Assembly (NCBI RefSeq): GCF_006345805.1
Contig: NC_042999.1
Location: forward strand, 20,088,001 to 20,152,000
DNA length: 64,000 nucleotides
Reading direction: 5' to 3'
DNA from: Octopus sinensis
Taxonomy: Eukaryota
A program made the position numbers and the translations under genes. Shown piece after piece: positions 13,455 through 25,864 of this stretch (position 1 is the stretch's first letter; each line of letters opens with the position of its first letter). A model generated the notes under the pieces. It did not search any database. It was not told where the DNA came from and was given only the letters and a program-made list of their open reading frames with translations.

Positions 13455-13833
13455 GGCGGCGAGCTGGCAAAAACGTTTGCACGCTGGGCGAAATGCGTAG
13501 CCGTATTTCGTCTGCCGTTACGTTCTGAGTTCAAACTCCGCCAAGGTCTACTTTGCCTTTCATCCTTTCGGGGTCGATTAAATAAGTACCAGTTACGCAC
13601 TGGGGTCGATGTAATCGACTTAATACCTATGTCTGTCCTTGTTTGTCTCCTCTGTGTTTAATCCCTTGTGGGTAATAAAGAAATAGGTATTTCGTCTGCC
13701 GTTATGTTCTGAGTTCAAATTCCACCGAGGTCGACTTTGCCTTTCATCCTTTCGGGGTTGATAAATTAAGTACCAGTTACGCACTGGGGTCGATGTAATC
13801 AACTTAATCCCTTTGTCTGTCCTTGTTTGACCC
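13455..13833 (+). mobile_element. SINE-B dimer
   Basis: Full copy joined at AAAGAAATA|GGTATTTCGTC (13681) to a second, headless body. Confidence 0.85.
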
Positions 13834-13877
13834 TTCTATTGTTGAATAAAATTTATTGAAAAAAGCTGAAATAATTA

Positions 13878-14115
13878 TGTGTGTGTGTTTGTATGTGTGT
13901 GCGTGTGTGTGTGTATGTGTGTGTGTTTGTCCCCACACCATTGCTTGACAACTGATGTTGGTATGTTTATGTCCCCCGTAACTTAGCAGTTCGGCAAAAG
14001 AGTCCGATAGAATAACAACTAGGCTTACAAAGAATAAGTCCTGGGGTTGATTTGTTCGACTAAAAGGCAGTGCTCCAGCGTGGCCGTAGTCAAATGACTG
14101 AAACAAGTAAAATGA
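13878..14115 (+). mobile_element. SINE-C 3' half
   Basis: Matches the 3' part of 10150-10538. Confidence 0.8.
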
Positions 14116-14195
14116 ATATATTATGCAGCTTATAAATAAGAAATTGATTCCCAGCAACTAGGATGCATTTAACAAATCTTCATCCTTCTCTCTCA

Positions 14196-14233
<38 letters not shown>

Positions 14234-14947
14234 TTCTCTCTCTCTCTATCAATGACCATCAGAGGTATATGAAAAGTGATAATTCAATAGTTTATTTGGG
14301 ACAATGACTTTATAAGCCGAGAAGCAGACTTGTAATTCAAACCTTTGATTATCTTGTCTGGACTATACGTCTATTAAAGCAACAACGATAACAACGACGA
14401 CGAAGATGATGATGAGGATGATGATGATGATAATGATGTTGGTGAAGCCATAGATAAGAATTTCAAATAAGAAAGTTTAAATACTTTATCAGTCAAATTT
14501 TAAAAAAAAAAAAATTTTTTTTTTTTTTTTGTTGCTTTCCTCATTAATAATCAATAACAGGATGCTGTAAGCTGAGTAGAAATGGTGCAACCTAATCTTA
14601 TGGCACACCAAGAAAGCAATAAATAATTTTAATTTGGATTTTGGGAAACATTTAAAGCTCACTATATCAGATCAAATTACATATTAGAAATATTAAAACA
14701 TAAATGCTGGCAAAATAAATGATTAAATTGACAGTCTGAAAGTCGATATTGAACGGTTTTGTTGAAATATTTTTCATGAAATTATATTACACAATAAAAA
14801 AATCTTCATCAAAACACACAAAATTCTGATATACATTTTTCTTTTTTAAATTCAATCGTGCATTTTATAACATTCCAATTTATTATTTACTTTCCATGTA
14901 CACAACACTTACACATAGGTTTTTCACATTGAAATATACACACAAAT

Positions 14948-16345
14948 GCTGTTTTATGCAAATATATGTCCACATATGTTCTGTGCCATGGTATATTAAA
15001 GTTGTAGACTATAAAACTAAGGCTGTAAACAATGAAGATTAAACTCTAGTGCTCAAAACCTCCAATATGCATTTTGTTCAGCATTCCGTCGAGACCCTCT
15101 ATTAGTTAATGTTAACCTCTTTTAAAATAGGTGATTAATCCCACTCTATCTCAAGTTTGTATTTGAATAAGCAGTATTATCTAGAACAGGAGTGGGAAAA
15201 TCATCTGATAATTGTCATAAGAATGGAAATTTTGTTTTTACAACAAAACACATATTGCTAGGTCTGTACCACCACCTTGAGTCCCAACTACACTCTAGCT
15301 GAAAGATATAGAATACCTCATAGTTAATATAAACGTCCTAAATTCAGTGGTGGTGCTAATGAAGATGTTATGTGTTAATTTAACGTCTTAAACTTATCTT
15401 AATTAATGTATCTTAATTATGCATAGATATATACAAGATTGACACAGATATAACAGTTAGAACTTGTGATCCGGCCGCAGAACTTTTGCTTTAGAAGTTT
15501 TTGCCCGCCACACTAAAAACGCTGTTTTATGCAATATATGTCCACATATGTTCTGTGCCATGGTATATTAAAGTTGTAGACTATAAAACTAAGGCTGTAA
15601 ACAATGAAGATTAAACTCTAGTGCTCAAAACCTCCAATATGCATTTTGTTCAGCATTCCGTCGAGACCCTCTATTAGTTAATGTTAACCTCTTTTAAAAT
15701 AGGTGATTAATCCCACTCTATCTCAAGTTTGTATTTGAATAAGCAGTATTATCTAGAACAGGAGTGGGAAAATCATCTGATAATTGTCATAAGAATGGAA
15801 ATTTTGTTTTTACAACAAAACACATATTGCTAGGTCTGTACCACCACCTTGAGTCCCAACTACACTCTAGCTGAAAGATATAGAATACCTCATAGTTAAT
15901 ATAAACGTCCTAAATTCAGTGGTGGTGCTAATGAAGATGTTATGTGTTAATTTAACGTCTTAAACTTATCTTAATTAATGTATCTTAATTATGCATAGAT
16001 ATATACAGATTGACACAGATATAACAGTTAGAACTTGTGATCCGGCCGCAGAACTTTTGCTTTAGAAGTTTTTGCCCGCCACACTAAAAACGCTGTTTTA
16101 TGCAAATATATGTCCACATATGTTCTGTGCCATGGTATATTAAAGTTGTAGACTATAAAACTAAGGCTGCAAACAATGAAGATTAAACTCTAGTGCTCAA
16201 AACCTCCAATATACATTTTGTTCAGCATTCCGTCGAGACCCTCTATTAGTTAATGTTAACCTCTTTTAAAATAGGTGATTAATCCCACTCTATCTCAAGT
16301 TTGTATTTGGATAAGCAGCATTATCTAGAACAGGGGTGGGGAAAC
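14948..16345. repeat. About 572-bp tandem repeat, about 2.4 near-identical units, with a diverged copy at about 16910-17640
   Basis: GCTGTTTTATGC at 14948, 15521 and 16092. Confidence 0.92.
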
Positions 16346-16395
16346 CCCAGGCCACAGGCGCAATTGCACTCAAAAGCCCATTTTATTGCAGCCGC
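16323..16395 (+). mobile_element. hAT/Charlie-like left end
   Basis: ATCTAGAA (NTCTAGAN target consensus) followed by CAGGGGTGGGGAAAC. Confidence 0.5.
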
Positions 16396-16406
16396 AATAC
16401 AAAATA

Positions 16407-16612
16407 TACTCCTTTACTTGTTTCAGTCATTTGACTGTGGCCATGCTGGAGCACCGCCTTTAGTCGAGCAAATCAACCCCAGGACTTATTCTTTGTAAGC
16501 CTAGTACTTATTATTCTATCGGTCGCTTTTCCCAAACCGCTAAGTTACGGTGACGTAAACACACCAGCATCGGTTGTCAAGTGATGTTGGGGGGGACATA
16601 CACAGACACACT

Positions 16613-16652
<40 letters not shown>

Positions 16653-16810
16653 CATATATACGACGGGCTTTTTTCAGTTTGCGTCAGCCAAATCCACTCA
16701 CAAGGCTATAGTAGAAGACACTTTTCCAAGGTGGCATAAAGTGGGACTGAACCTGGAACCATGTGGTTCATAATCAAGCTACTTACCACACAACCACTCC
16801 TACGCCTATA
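16407..16810 (-). mobile_element. SINE-C
   Basis: Full-length match to the family. Confidence 0.85.
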
Positions 16811-17116
16811 TAGTAAATTTTTCAATTATAAAATTTATACAATATCCATATGCTTATTTTCGGCATAGGTTACGCTTTCACCACAACTTAAAACGGTTGG
16901 ACTCGATCAGAAAATCGTCTGGTAATTGTCATTTGACTGGAAATTTTGTTTTCACTACAAAACACATATTGCTAGATTTTACCACCACCTTGAGACCCAA
17001 CTATACTCTAGCTGAAGAATATAGAAAGTCGCATAAGTAATATAAATGTCCTTAATTCAGTGGTGGTATTAATGAAGATGTTATGCATTAATTTAATGTC
17101 TTAAACTTATCTTAAT

Positions 17117-17578
17117 TACCGTAAATCCTCGAGTATAATCAGCATTTTTTCCCAAAATTTAAAGGTCAAAATCCCGAGTGTGTACTATACACGCGGTTAA
17201 AAATGAAAATTCTTTTCTAAGCAATGTCCGAGTCTCTATTTGCTGTCCCACAATGTGTATTCAGAAGCATTTTGTGATGTAGGGTGCGAAAATACCTTAA
17301 ATCATCCATAACTTGCAGTAAGCAACATATATTAAACGTTTTTACTGTTCTTTCGTTATTTTCTGCAAACAAAATGCGCAAAAAAGCTACACGTTTGCAT
17401 TATGTTATAAATACAATAATAATAATTGACGCTACCATATACATTTTTACAAACCAAGGACGTTATACAGACCTCCTTGACTCAAGTTAGAGAAGGGGTG
17501 CGCATTGTACACAAGGTTTAGGTTTGTCAGAGGTACAGCCCCCGAAAAATCCCGGACTATACTCGAGGATTTACGGTA
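17117..17578. mobile_element. Tc1/mariner-superfamily (pogo/Tigger-like) MITE, 458 bp
   Basis: TA-CCGTAAATCCTCGAGTATA ... TATACTCGAGGATTTACGG-TA; empty site present in the tandem units upstream. Confidence 0.88.
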
Positions 17579-18839
17579 ATGCATCTCGAATGATGCGTAG
17601 ATACATACAAGATTTACACAGATATAACAGTTAGAACTTGCCTAAAGTTGTGCCTCAGATGGTAATTTTCTCGGTGCAATCCTATCATGGTCATTCATGA
17701 CCGAAGAGGATCTTTACCCTTTTTTTATATATTGATCTCAGTCCTAATCATTTTTCTTTGTTGTTAAATCCAGTCGTTATTTTAGCAATTTTATATTTTT
17801 TTGCATCATTAACCTATGGGACATAACCACAGACATTTACCACCAGCTTACATACAAATAAGTCATAGGACAACATCTGGGAGAAAGCGCTTACTGTTGG
17901 TGATTAGAGTAATCTTGAATCTGTGGGGTTCCCTGACTGGTCTTAACTGAGATCTTCATATATCAGTATTGTAAATAAAGACTCACGTACATTTATATTA
18001 CAATTACTTTTCTTTCATTTGATTTTATGAAAGTCTATCTTACAACATGTAAACTAACTTCGTCATGTTCCCATTATCTGATACCAGAGAGGCAAATTAA
18101 AGAAATAATAATATAATGGATTCTAATTCAGGGACAAGACCAATAACATGGAGGGGATAATACAATAACATTAACACCAGCACTTCATTCAAAGCTGTGT
18201 TTTCTTTTTTCTTATTTTCTGATAGACTTTAGGATGGAAAAAAATACTTTTTGCTTCTGAACATTCCTTATGTTTATTTTGTAAAATTTCATTTACATGC
18301 AGTTTTTTTTTATACCTTTAAGATTTAAAAAGGTAAAAGTTGAAAACTGTGAAAATAACACATATTTAAAAATAGTACTGACATAAAAATAAGAATTAAA
18401 CAAAGAGATGCAATTGTAAACATGAACACAGGTATTGACATTTCAGAAAATACAGAGATAAACAGAAACGTACACATTTGTAATGTAAACACAAATACCA
18501 GCATTAGCCAAACAGTTTTCACAACACAGACAATACCAAAAATAGTTTTTGTCAGAATTGCAAGTAAGAAAGAATTTCTCAATATGGGACTATTCTGCAA
18601 ACAAAAAAATCGCGTAAAGTACGTCATGAAAGAAAGTTCTAGCGACTGGAAAATTGACAGTAGAATCATTAGGACAAATTGAATGCCTATTTGTTCTGCT
18701 TCTATAATCTGAGTCCAAATCCTGCTGAGGTCAACAGGTTTCCATAGGTTTAGGCATGGCTGTGTGGATAAGAAGCTCATTTTAGAAAACATGTAATATC
18801 AGGTTCAGTCTTACTGCATGGCACCTACTATAGCCTTGT

Positions 18840-19821
18840 CTGCATTTTGAAGGGGCTATTTTACTTTTATAGTGTGCTTTCCCTTCACTACCGAGTGCAG
18901 CTCTGTGTGCCTTGGGTATGTGTTGTGATTTGTTGTGGTGCTCTGATGGTTACTGTATTGAAATCATTTTGCGTAGAATAAGTGCAGTGCCTAGTAATAC
19001 AATTTTCTGTATGTTATATGTGTTTGTAAGTCCTCGTGTTTTTGTTATGTATTTGTCTGAATATTTTTTTAGCATGCCTAATGCACCTACTATGATAGAA
19101 ATTGTTTCTGTTTTTAGATTCCACATTTGAGTTACCTCTATTTCCAGGTCTTTGTATTTTGAAAGTTTCTCAATTTCATTTAGAGACACGTTGTCATCTA
19201 CTGGTATTGGTACATCAATTAGAAAGCATTTTTTTCTTCATGATCTCTGACAACTATATCTGGTCTGTTGGCCTTAATTTCTCTATCTGTGTGTGTTGGC
19301 CTATCCTAGAGTATGGTTGCTTTCTCGTTTTCTGTGACATTTTCTGGTGTGTGCCTATACCATCTTTTTTCTATTGTTATTCCATAATGTTGGCATAGTT
19401 TCCAGTGTATGTAGGTCCCAACTCTGTCGTGTCTGTGAATATATTCCTTCTTAGCCAAGACTGGGCAGCCAGAGATAATATGATTTATTGTTTCTTGTCC
19501 ATCTCCACATATTCTGCAGTTACTTGTTATATTTTTTCATTATACGTTTTTGGTAATTTCTGGTGGGGAGGCTTTGGTCTTGCGCTGCAATTAAAAATCC
19601 TTCTGTCTCTGCTTTGAGCTTCTCAACCATTGCTGGGATTTTTCTTGTCTATTTCTTTTGCATTTAGTTTAGTCTAGTATTATAACTGGGATGGCTAAAG
19701 TGTTAATACCTATTATCTTGTTTTTAGCATTGAGCTCTGTTTTTAGTATTGATCTAACTTGTCTATAATATTCTTTCTTTATTTTCTCTTTCATTTGTGT
19801 GTGTTGTGTCTTATCTAGTTC
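18840..19821 (-). mobile_element. R4/Dong-type non-LTR retrotransposon 3' fragment (RT end, CCHC finger, restriction-like endonuclease), disrupted
   Basis: RSILKTELNAKNKIIGINTLAIPV; ETEGFLIAAQDQSLPTRNY; CRICGDGQETINHIISGC; NRPDIVV; EKLSKYKDLEIEV...GALG...NIQKIVLLGTA. Confidence 0.88.
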
Positions 19822-19834
19822 ATTATTATTGTTA

Positions 19835-19929
<95 letters not shown>

Positions 19930-19931
<2 letters not shown>

Positions 19932-20448
19932 GAGTGATAGAGCAGTGCATGCCATCAAAGTGACGCTGGGGTAAAATATACGAAGCCCAGTATACCCATC
20001 ATGACTATCTGTCTGATAAGGGTACACTAGGCACATGCATCACAACCATGTGTGCGTGACATGGTGATCTCATATCAAGATAAACAGCACATGACCTTGC
20101 AGGTGGGGTGAAGTTAGAATTTTCTTCTGGTCGAGTAGCCCATCCCGCTTAAAAGGTCACTGAATAATTGTGGTTTAAGGATGTTGAACCAAACACCCAT
20201 GTTTCCAAAGGCGAATTACCCAAACCTCTAAGAATTCCTTTCAACACACAGCTATGATGCTCCCCCACTATTTCTGCTCGTGATCAGAGATGCACATATC
20301 GTCAGCCACTAAGGGACATGGTCAACTGGTTATGGTCAAACAACTGACAAGCAAATCTGTGGTATTGAGTAGAATATTTGCTGGAGCCCATCTTTTATAC
20401 CAAGACAAAATAATGTACATGATAATACTTTCAATCAGTTAAGGTCAG

Positions 20449-20452
<4 letters not shown>
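19930..20452. mobile_element. About 520-bp complex-sequence element embedded in (TAA)n
   Basis: (TTA)n directly on both sides; resembles a repeat I recall from octopus, not verified. Confidence 0.55.
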
Positions 20453-20502
<50 letters not shown>

Positions 20503-21633
20503 TAGAATAGCTGACAGAGCAGAGTCAGACATACTACCGTGTGGTATTTAGTTATGTCCCTGTGCTTTATTAATGAAAAGTTTTTGTTATTGTTGCAGTT
20601 AACTAATAAAAAATTAGCAAGATTTTAATAATGAGAATTATATGTAAGATCATAACTGCAGCAAGATAGAGTTATAAGTGAGACGAGGTTGGTGTGCCTG
20701 TGTGTGTGTGTCAGTATGTGTAGACGGAAATATCATTGTGGTTTTTAATTAGTTTTCCAATGTAATTTCTCCGATTATATCATCTGTTCATAATCTTCTC
20801 TTTCTGTGAACACAATAAACACAGAACCACTGTCAAACCATAAACCACCAACCGTACTTCGTAACTAATGAAATGGCACCCGAGATTCTCCTGATAGCAG
20901 ACACTTCAAATAAAAATATATAACAACAAATAAATGATAACAAAAAAATAAAAACATCAACAAATGTATAAATGTAAAGATTTTTCACTAAATAGCAACG
21001 CTCAATAAATATCGAACGAACCGACTTAGCTATATTATATTTCTTTCAATGCTCTGATTGGCTATTTCGTCTAATAGGAAACTAATCAATAATTCTAAGC
21101 ATCTGATTGAACTTGTTCTTGTTCTAACAGTTGGGGGAAAACAATGTCAGCATTCAGCAGAGACATCCAGTTGCAGACTTCCAGTGTAATTAACTCATCA
21201 ACCGTTGATACATGTTCGTGCAATTATCCACTTTGATGTAACTTGCGACTGATAACAAACGATTCTTACTGAATGATAGTCGCTCATTTATTTTGCATTG
21301 ATTAACGTATATAATTGGGGATCACTATATAGGGGAAAGCTGGTGAGCATTTAAGTCTAATTTGCATTTGTTGCAGATTATTGATGGATGTAGATACACA
21401 AGTGCACATGTATACTTACTTGTACCAACGTACCTCTAACTAGGTGCACATATATAAGAACTCATATATAACCATGTATGTGTCTTTACACATTTTTATG
21501 CGTGTATGTAGGCAAATGTATATATATATAAAATTAAATAAGTAAATAGGGTAATAAAAAATAAATTATTATTACCAGTGACCCAGCACAAAAGTCGAAT
21601 TAGTCATTAGATTATATATTATTTATATAGAAA

Positions 21634-21796
21634 TACAATAAAGGGCTTCCAAATAAAGAAGCGCTGTGCTAGACACACAAAAAGGGATAAATTCATGGGA
21701 AGGAAGGAAAATTAAAAACGTTTTATTCCTTTCATGAATTTATCCCTTTTTGTGTGTCTAGCACAGCGCTTCTTTACTTGGAAGCCCTTTATTGTA
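21634..21796. repeat. Palindrome with about 63-bp arms
   Basis: TACAATAAAGGGCTTCC...AATTCATG / CATGAATT...GGAAGCCCTTTATTGTA. Confidence 0.9.
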
Positions 21797-21891
21797 AAAT
21801 TAAATAAGGGTAGAACTTGATATTAATCAATTAAAACCAGTGGCTTAGCATATTTTTAAAAAATCCAAAGATTAAAAATTGCGTTACATAC

Positions 21892-22401
21892 AAAATTTAG
21901 AGGAGTGACCACTAAAAGTGGACAGCCTATTTGCTAAACATAGATGTCAAATCGCCTTATTTAATTCTAAATAAAAATATGTTCTCTAGCTGGTAAATTG
22001 ACTGCTGTAGTTTATTAACTGCAGAGTAGTTTCCGATCTCAGTGCACCAAAGTGAAGGCATTTGAAAGATACACATAAATATAATTTGTAGAACATTATA
22101 CATGGTAGATTTCGCTTGAACGTTCTGTATCTAGTTCTAGAAATTATGTTTTGTAAACGACAGACTATGCTGATGATCTTGCAGATGTTTGCGTGTCCAT
22201 TACGTAAATATTAACAAGTGAAACCAATGGTACGTAGGTAATCGTTTTTTATTTCGTATATTTTCATTTGTCTTGCTTATTTTTACATTTTGTTTTTTGC
22301 TGAGATTTTTCTTGAGAATACATTCTTCGTGCTAATAGCGATTTGACGTCTATGTTTAGCATATAGGCTGTCCACTTTTAGTGGTCAGCCCTCTAAATTT
22401 T
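21892..22401. mobile_element. Fold-back element (about 64-bp inverted ends) enclosing a hammerhead motif
   Basis: AAAATTTAGAGGAGTGACCACTAAAAGTGGACAGCCTAT... inverted at 22338-22401. Confidence 0.75.
22165..22237 (+). ncRNA. Type I hammerhead ribozyme motif
   Basis: Stem I CTATG/CGTAG; CTGATGA 22170-76; stem II CTTG/CAAG plus ATGTTTGCGT/ACGTAAATAT; GAAA 22220-23; stem III ACC-AAT-GGT; GUA site at 22232; U.U at 10.1/11.1. Confidence 0.7.
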
Positions 22402-22403
22402 GT

Positions 22404-22448
<45 letters not shown>

Positions 22449-22465
22449 GTATATTACAAAATATG

Positions 22466-22765
22466 TTTGTTCCTTCTCAAGCCACGCCTGGCTCATAAGG
22501 GCCGGTTTCCTGGTTTCCTTGGTGCATAGGTTCCCCACATGGGTGGGACACCGGTCTGTCACAGGTGAGCTGCAAGATGCAGGAGTAAAGTGTGAGAGAA
22601 AGTTGTGGCGAAAGAGTCAGCAGAATTTCGCCATTACCTTCTTCCGGAGCCATGTGGAGCTTAGGTGTTTTGCTCATAAACACACACATCGGCTGATCTG
22701 AGATTCGAACCTGCGATCCCTCGACCGCGGGTCCACTACTCTAACCATTAGGCCATGTGCCTCCA
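22466..22765 (-). mobile_element. SINE-A (tail variant 2)
   Basis: Same head and body as 188-510 with a different 3' tail. Confidence 0.8.
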
Positions 22766-22787
22766 TTATAATAAGATATATATATAT

Positions 22788-23455
22788 ATACAATATTAGA
22801 TATGTACATATATATACACAAGGGTACTACATGAGTACCTATTTCACTAAAAAATAGAAGTCAAAAATTACTTCTGTACCACCGAATAGTCACAAATCTG
22901 TTACAGACATGATAGCAAAAAATATCAGTGAACAATAATAATGTCTTACTTCTATTGGGTTAGAACAAGTAAATTCTGGTCAACTTGGTACCGGTTTTGA
23001 AATTTAGCACCAAATAGGTGCTCGATTTCTCATCAACCAAAGACTACCAGGTAAATTACTGCTAACATTCTTCCCCATCATTCCGGCAAAAGTTTGTTTG
23101 AAGTGACCAAGCACTCTAGGAACAAACGAAATGTGTAAAATTATTTATAAATAAATATAGGGATGGTATTATTAAAATACCATCACGAGTGGCAAGCAAG
23201 TTATCAGCCATAGAGGCACACTTTGGCTGATGAGAAATCGGGCACCTATTTTGGTGCTAAATTTTGAAACCGGTACCAATGTGACCAGCATTTACTCGTT
23301 CTGATACAGTGGAGGTAAGACATTATTATTGTTCACTGATATTTTTTCCTATCATGTCTGTAATAGATTTGTGACTATTCGGTGGTATAGAAGTATCTTT
23401 GACTTCTATTTTTAGTGATATAGGTACAACTATAGTACCCTTGAGTATATATGTA
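22788..23455. mobile_element. Fold-back with about 250-bp inverted arms (Penelope pLTR-like); right arm continues at 24746-24765
   Basis: 22788-23042 is the reverse complement of 23221-23455 plus 24746-24765. Confidence 0.85.
23221..23279 (+). ncRNA. Minimal type I hammerhead ribozyme motif
   Basis: Stem I TTGG/CCAA; CTGATGA 23227-33; stem II GAAAT/ATTTT plus GGCACC/GGTGCT; GAAA 23266-69; palindromic stem III ACCGGT; GUA site at 23275. Confidence 0.8.
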
Positions 23456-24745
23456 CGAGGGGCGTTCAATAAGTAATGACCCTGACCCACTTCCCATAGC
23501 AGTAGAGCAACGAAACTTGGCACAGTTATTAGTCTTTTTCTACATAGGAACCACCCAGAGTTATGCATTTCTCCCATCGTTTGATGTGGCTCTGGAGACC
23601 GTTTTTGTAGAAGAACCCAGCTTGGTCCTCCAACCACGACGTGACTTCAGAAATCAAGGCTGCATCATCTGGGAAACGCTTTCCTTTCAAAAACAACTTC
23701 ATGATTGGGAAGAGGTGAAAATCAGAGGGTGCAAGGTCAGGAAAGTAGGGGGAGGGGGAGGAGTTCATAGCCATATGCCTGTGCTTCTGATCTGGCGACA
23801 AGCGAGTTGTGGACCGGAGCGTTGTCCTGCAGGAGGAGGATGCCTTTGCTGATCTTGCCCCGCCTCTTGATTTTGATAACTTCTCTAAATTTCCTCAAAA
23901 GTGAAGCATAATAGGCTCCTGCAATTGTGGTACCCTTTGCCAGGAAATCTGTCATCACTACTCCGTCCTGGTCCCAGAAGACTGTGAGCATGACCTTGCC
24001 AGCGGAGAGCTGCACCCATGCCTTCTTTGGAGGAGGGGAGTCACGGTGCTTCCACTGCATTGACTGGGCTTTGGTCTCTGGATCATCGTGATGGACTCAG
24101 GTTTCATCCTGTGTAATCAGTGTTTTGAAAAATTTTGACTCATCTTCTTGGCACATCTCCAAATTCACCCTCGAGCACTCGACGCGTTCTTGCTTCTGGA
24201 AAGGCGTGAGCAACCTGGGAATCCATCTGGCAGACACCTTTTGCATATGCAAATGGTCATGAATGATAGTTTCCACTGACCCGGTACTAATCTTGACCTC
24301 ATGGGCTATTTGGCGAATAATTATGCGTCGATCTTCCAAAATGGCAGCCTCAACTTGACGGACAGATGCCTCATCAATGGCAGAAGGGGGCGACCAGATC
24401 TGGGAGCTGTTTCCACAGAGTTCCGACCATGTTTGAATTCACGATGCCAGCGTTTTACAAGGTCATATGATGGGGCATCATCACCATAAGTTACTTTCAT
24501 TTCATCAAAAGTCTCCCGTGGTGTGCGTCCTTTCCAATACAAAAACCAGATCACTGCTCGACACTCAACAGGCTCCATTTCACACTTGACTCTGTTCAAA
24601 CACCTGTAAATCAGAAACCACAATTAATTCAGAGCTGTAATTTTCCACTTACTCTATAGAGCTATAAATAATTGCACATGCAACATTTCAGCTAGATCAA
24701 ACAAATGCAAGTGGGTCAGAGGCATTACTTATTGAACGTCCCTCG
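23456..24745 (-). mobile_element. Full-length mariner transposon (1290 bp, irritans-like), decayed
   Basis: TA TSDs at 23454-55 and 24746-47; about 38-bp TIRs CGAGGG(G/A)CGTTCAATAAGTAATG..CTGACCCACTT. Confidence 0.95.
23529..24578 (-). pseudogene. Mariner DD34D transposase pseudogene
   Basis: MEPVECRAVI...RSGRP, WIPRLLT, TQDET*, QDNAP, PDLAPSDFHLF; frameshifts and one in-frame stop. Confidence 0.92.
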
Positions 24746-24883
24746 TACATATCTAATATTGTATGTAAATATTTTATTGATTTGCTTGTACGGCTGATAA
24801 TTCACTTGCCATTCATGATGGTATTTTAATAATACCATCCCTCTATATATGTATATATAATATATATATATATTATATATATA

Positions 24884-24932
<49 letters not shown>

Positions 24933-24935
<3 letters not shown>

Positions 24936-25292
24936 TGTTGTGTCTGGGGAGAGTCATTTTCTTTTTGCGCCTTATAATTTAACACACTCAGTGATAAAAT
25001 TTCCCCTTATTTCTTGTGTTTAATTTCCTAAAAATTTCGATGTGTCTTGCAACCTTTTCAATATTCTTGACTGTGCTGGCTGGCAGGAGAAACAGGTGCC
25101 ACCATATTGAAATGGTTGCAAGATGCAACGAAAATTTTAGGAAAATAAAAATAAGAAATAAGGAGAAATTTTACCGGTGAGTGTGTTAAATTATAAGGCA
25201 CAAAAAAGAAAATGACTCTCCCCAGACACAACAGAATATGCTTCAACACACGAACTCACATAAAGAATCTTCCAAACTAAATCCAAAAATGG
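24933..25292. mobile_element. Fold-back repeat family D
   Basis: Inverted arms as at 10566; flanked by (TA)n. Confidence 0.75.
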
Positions 25293-25317
25293 AATATATA
25301 TATAATATATATATATA

Positions 25318-25393
<76 letters not shown>

Positions 25394-25864
25394 CATATAT
25401 ATACATATATATACATATACATATATATTCGGAGTGCTGAAGATATTTGAAGTTGAGCCGGTAGATAAGTAAATGTAATGAGAAGCAAATTAGACAAGTT
25501 GATTTACACAGAACATTAAATACATTTGTATAGATATAAAATAGTCCGACTTACAGAATATAAATGATATCAGGAGCTATATGGGTAGCATTTTAGTGTA
25601 GGGTTCTCCACCTCAACTGACGGATGAAATCATTAGTCTTCTGTAGCAAGAGTTCCATGTATGTATCCCTGAGTGGGATCAGAATAATTTTTGTAGATAT
25701 GGCCAAGAATTACTTATCCATGAGTGTTATGTACACGTATACATACATATATAGAGACATACATATACATATAAGATATGTATGTGTATAGACACATATA
25801 AGATATGTATGTATATACACACACATATCTTATATATACATATAAGATATGTATGTGTATACAC

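Noticed and set aside
18325-18792. 155-aa and 86-aa opposing ORFs
   Set aside because: Compositionally biased AT-rich sequence with no recognisable domain.
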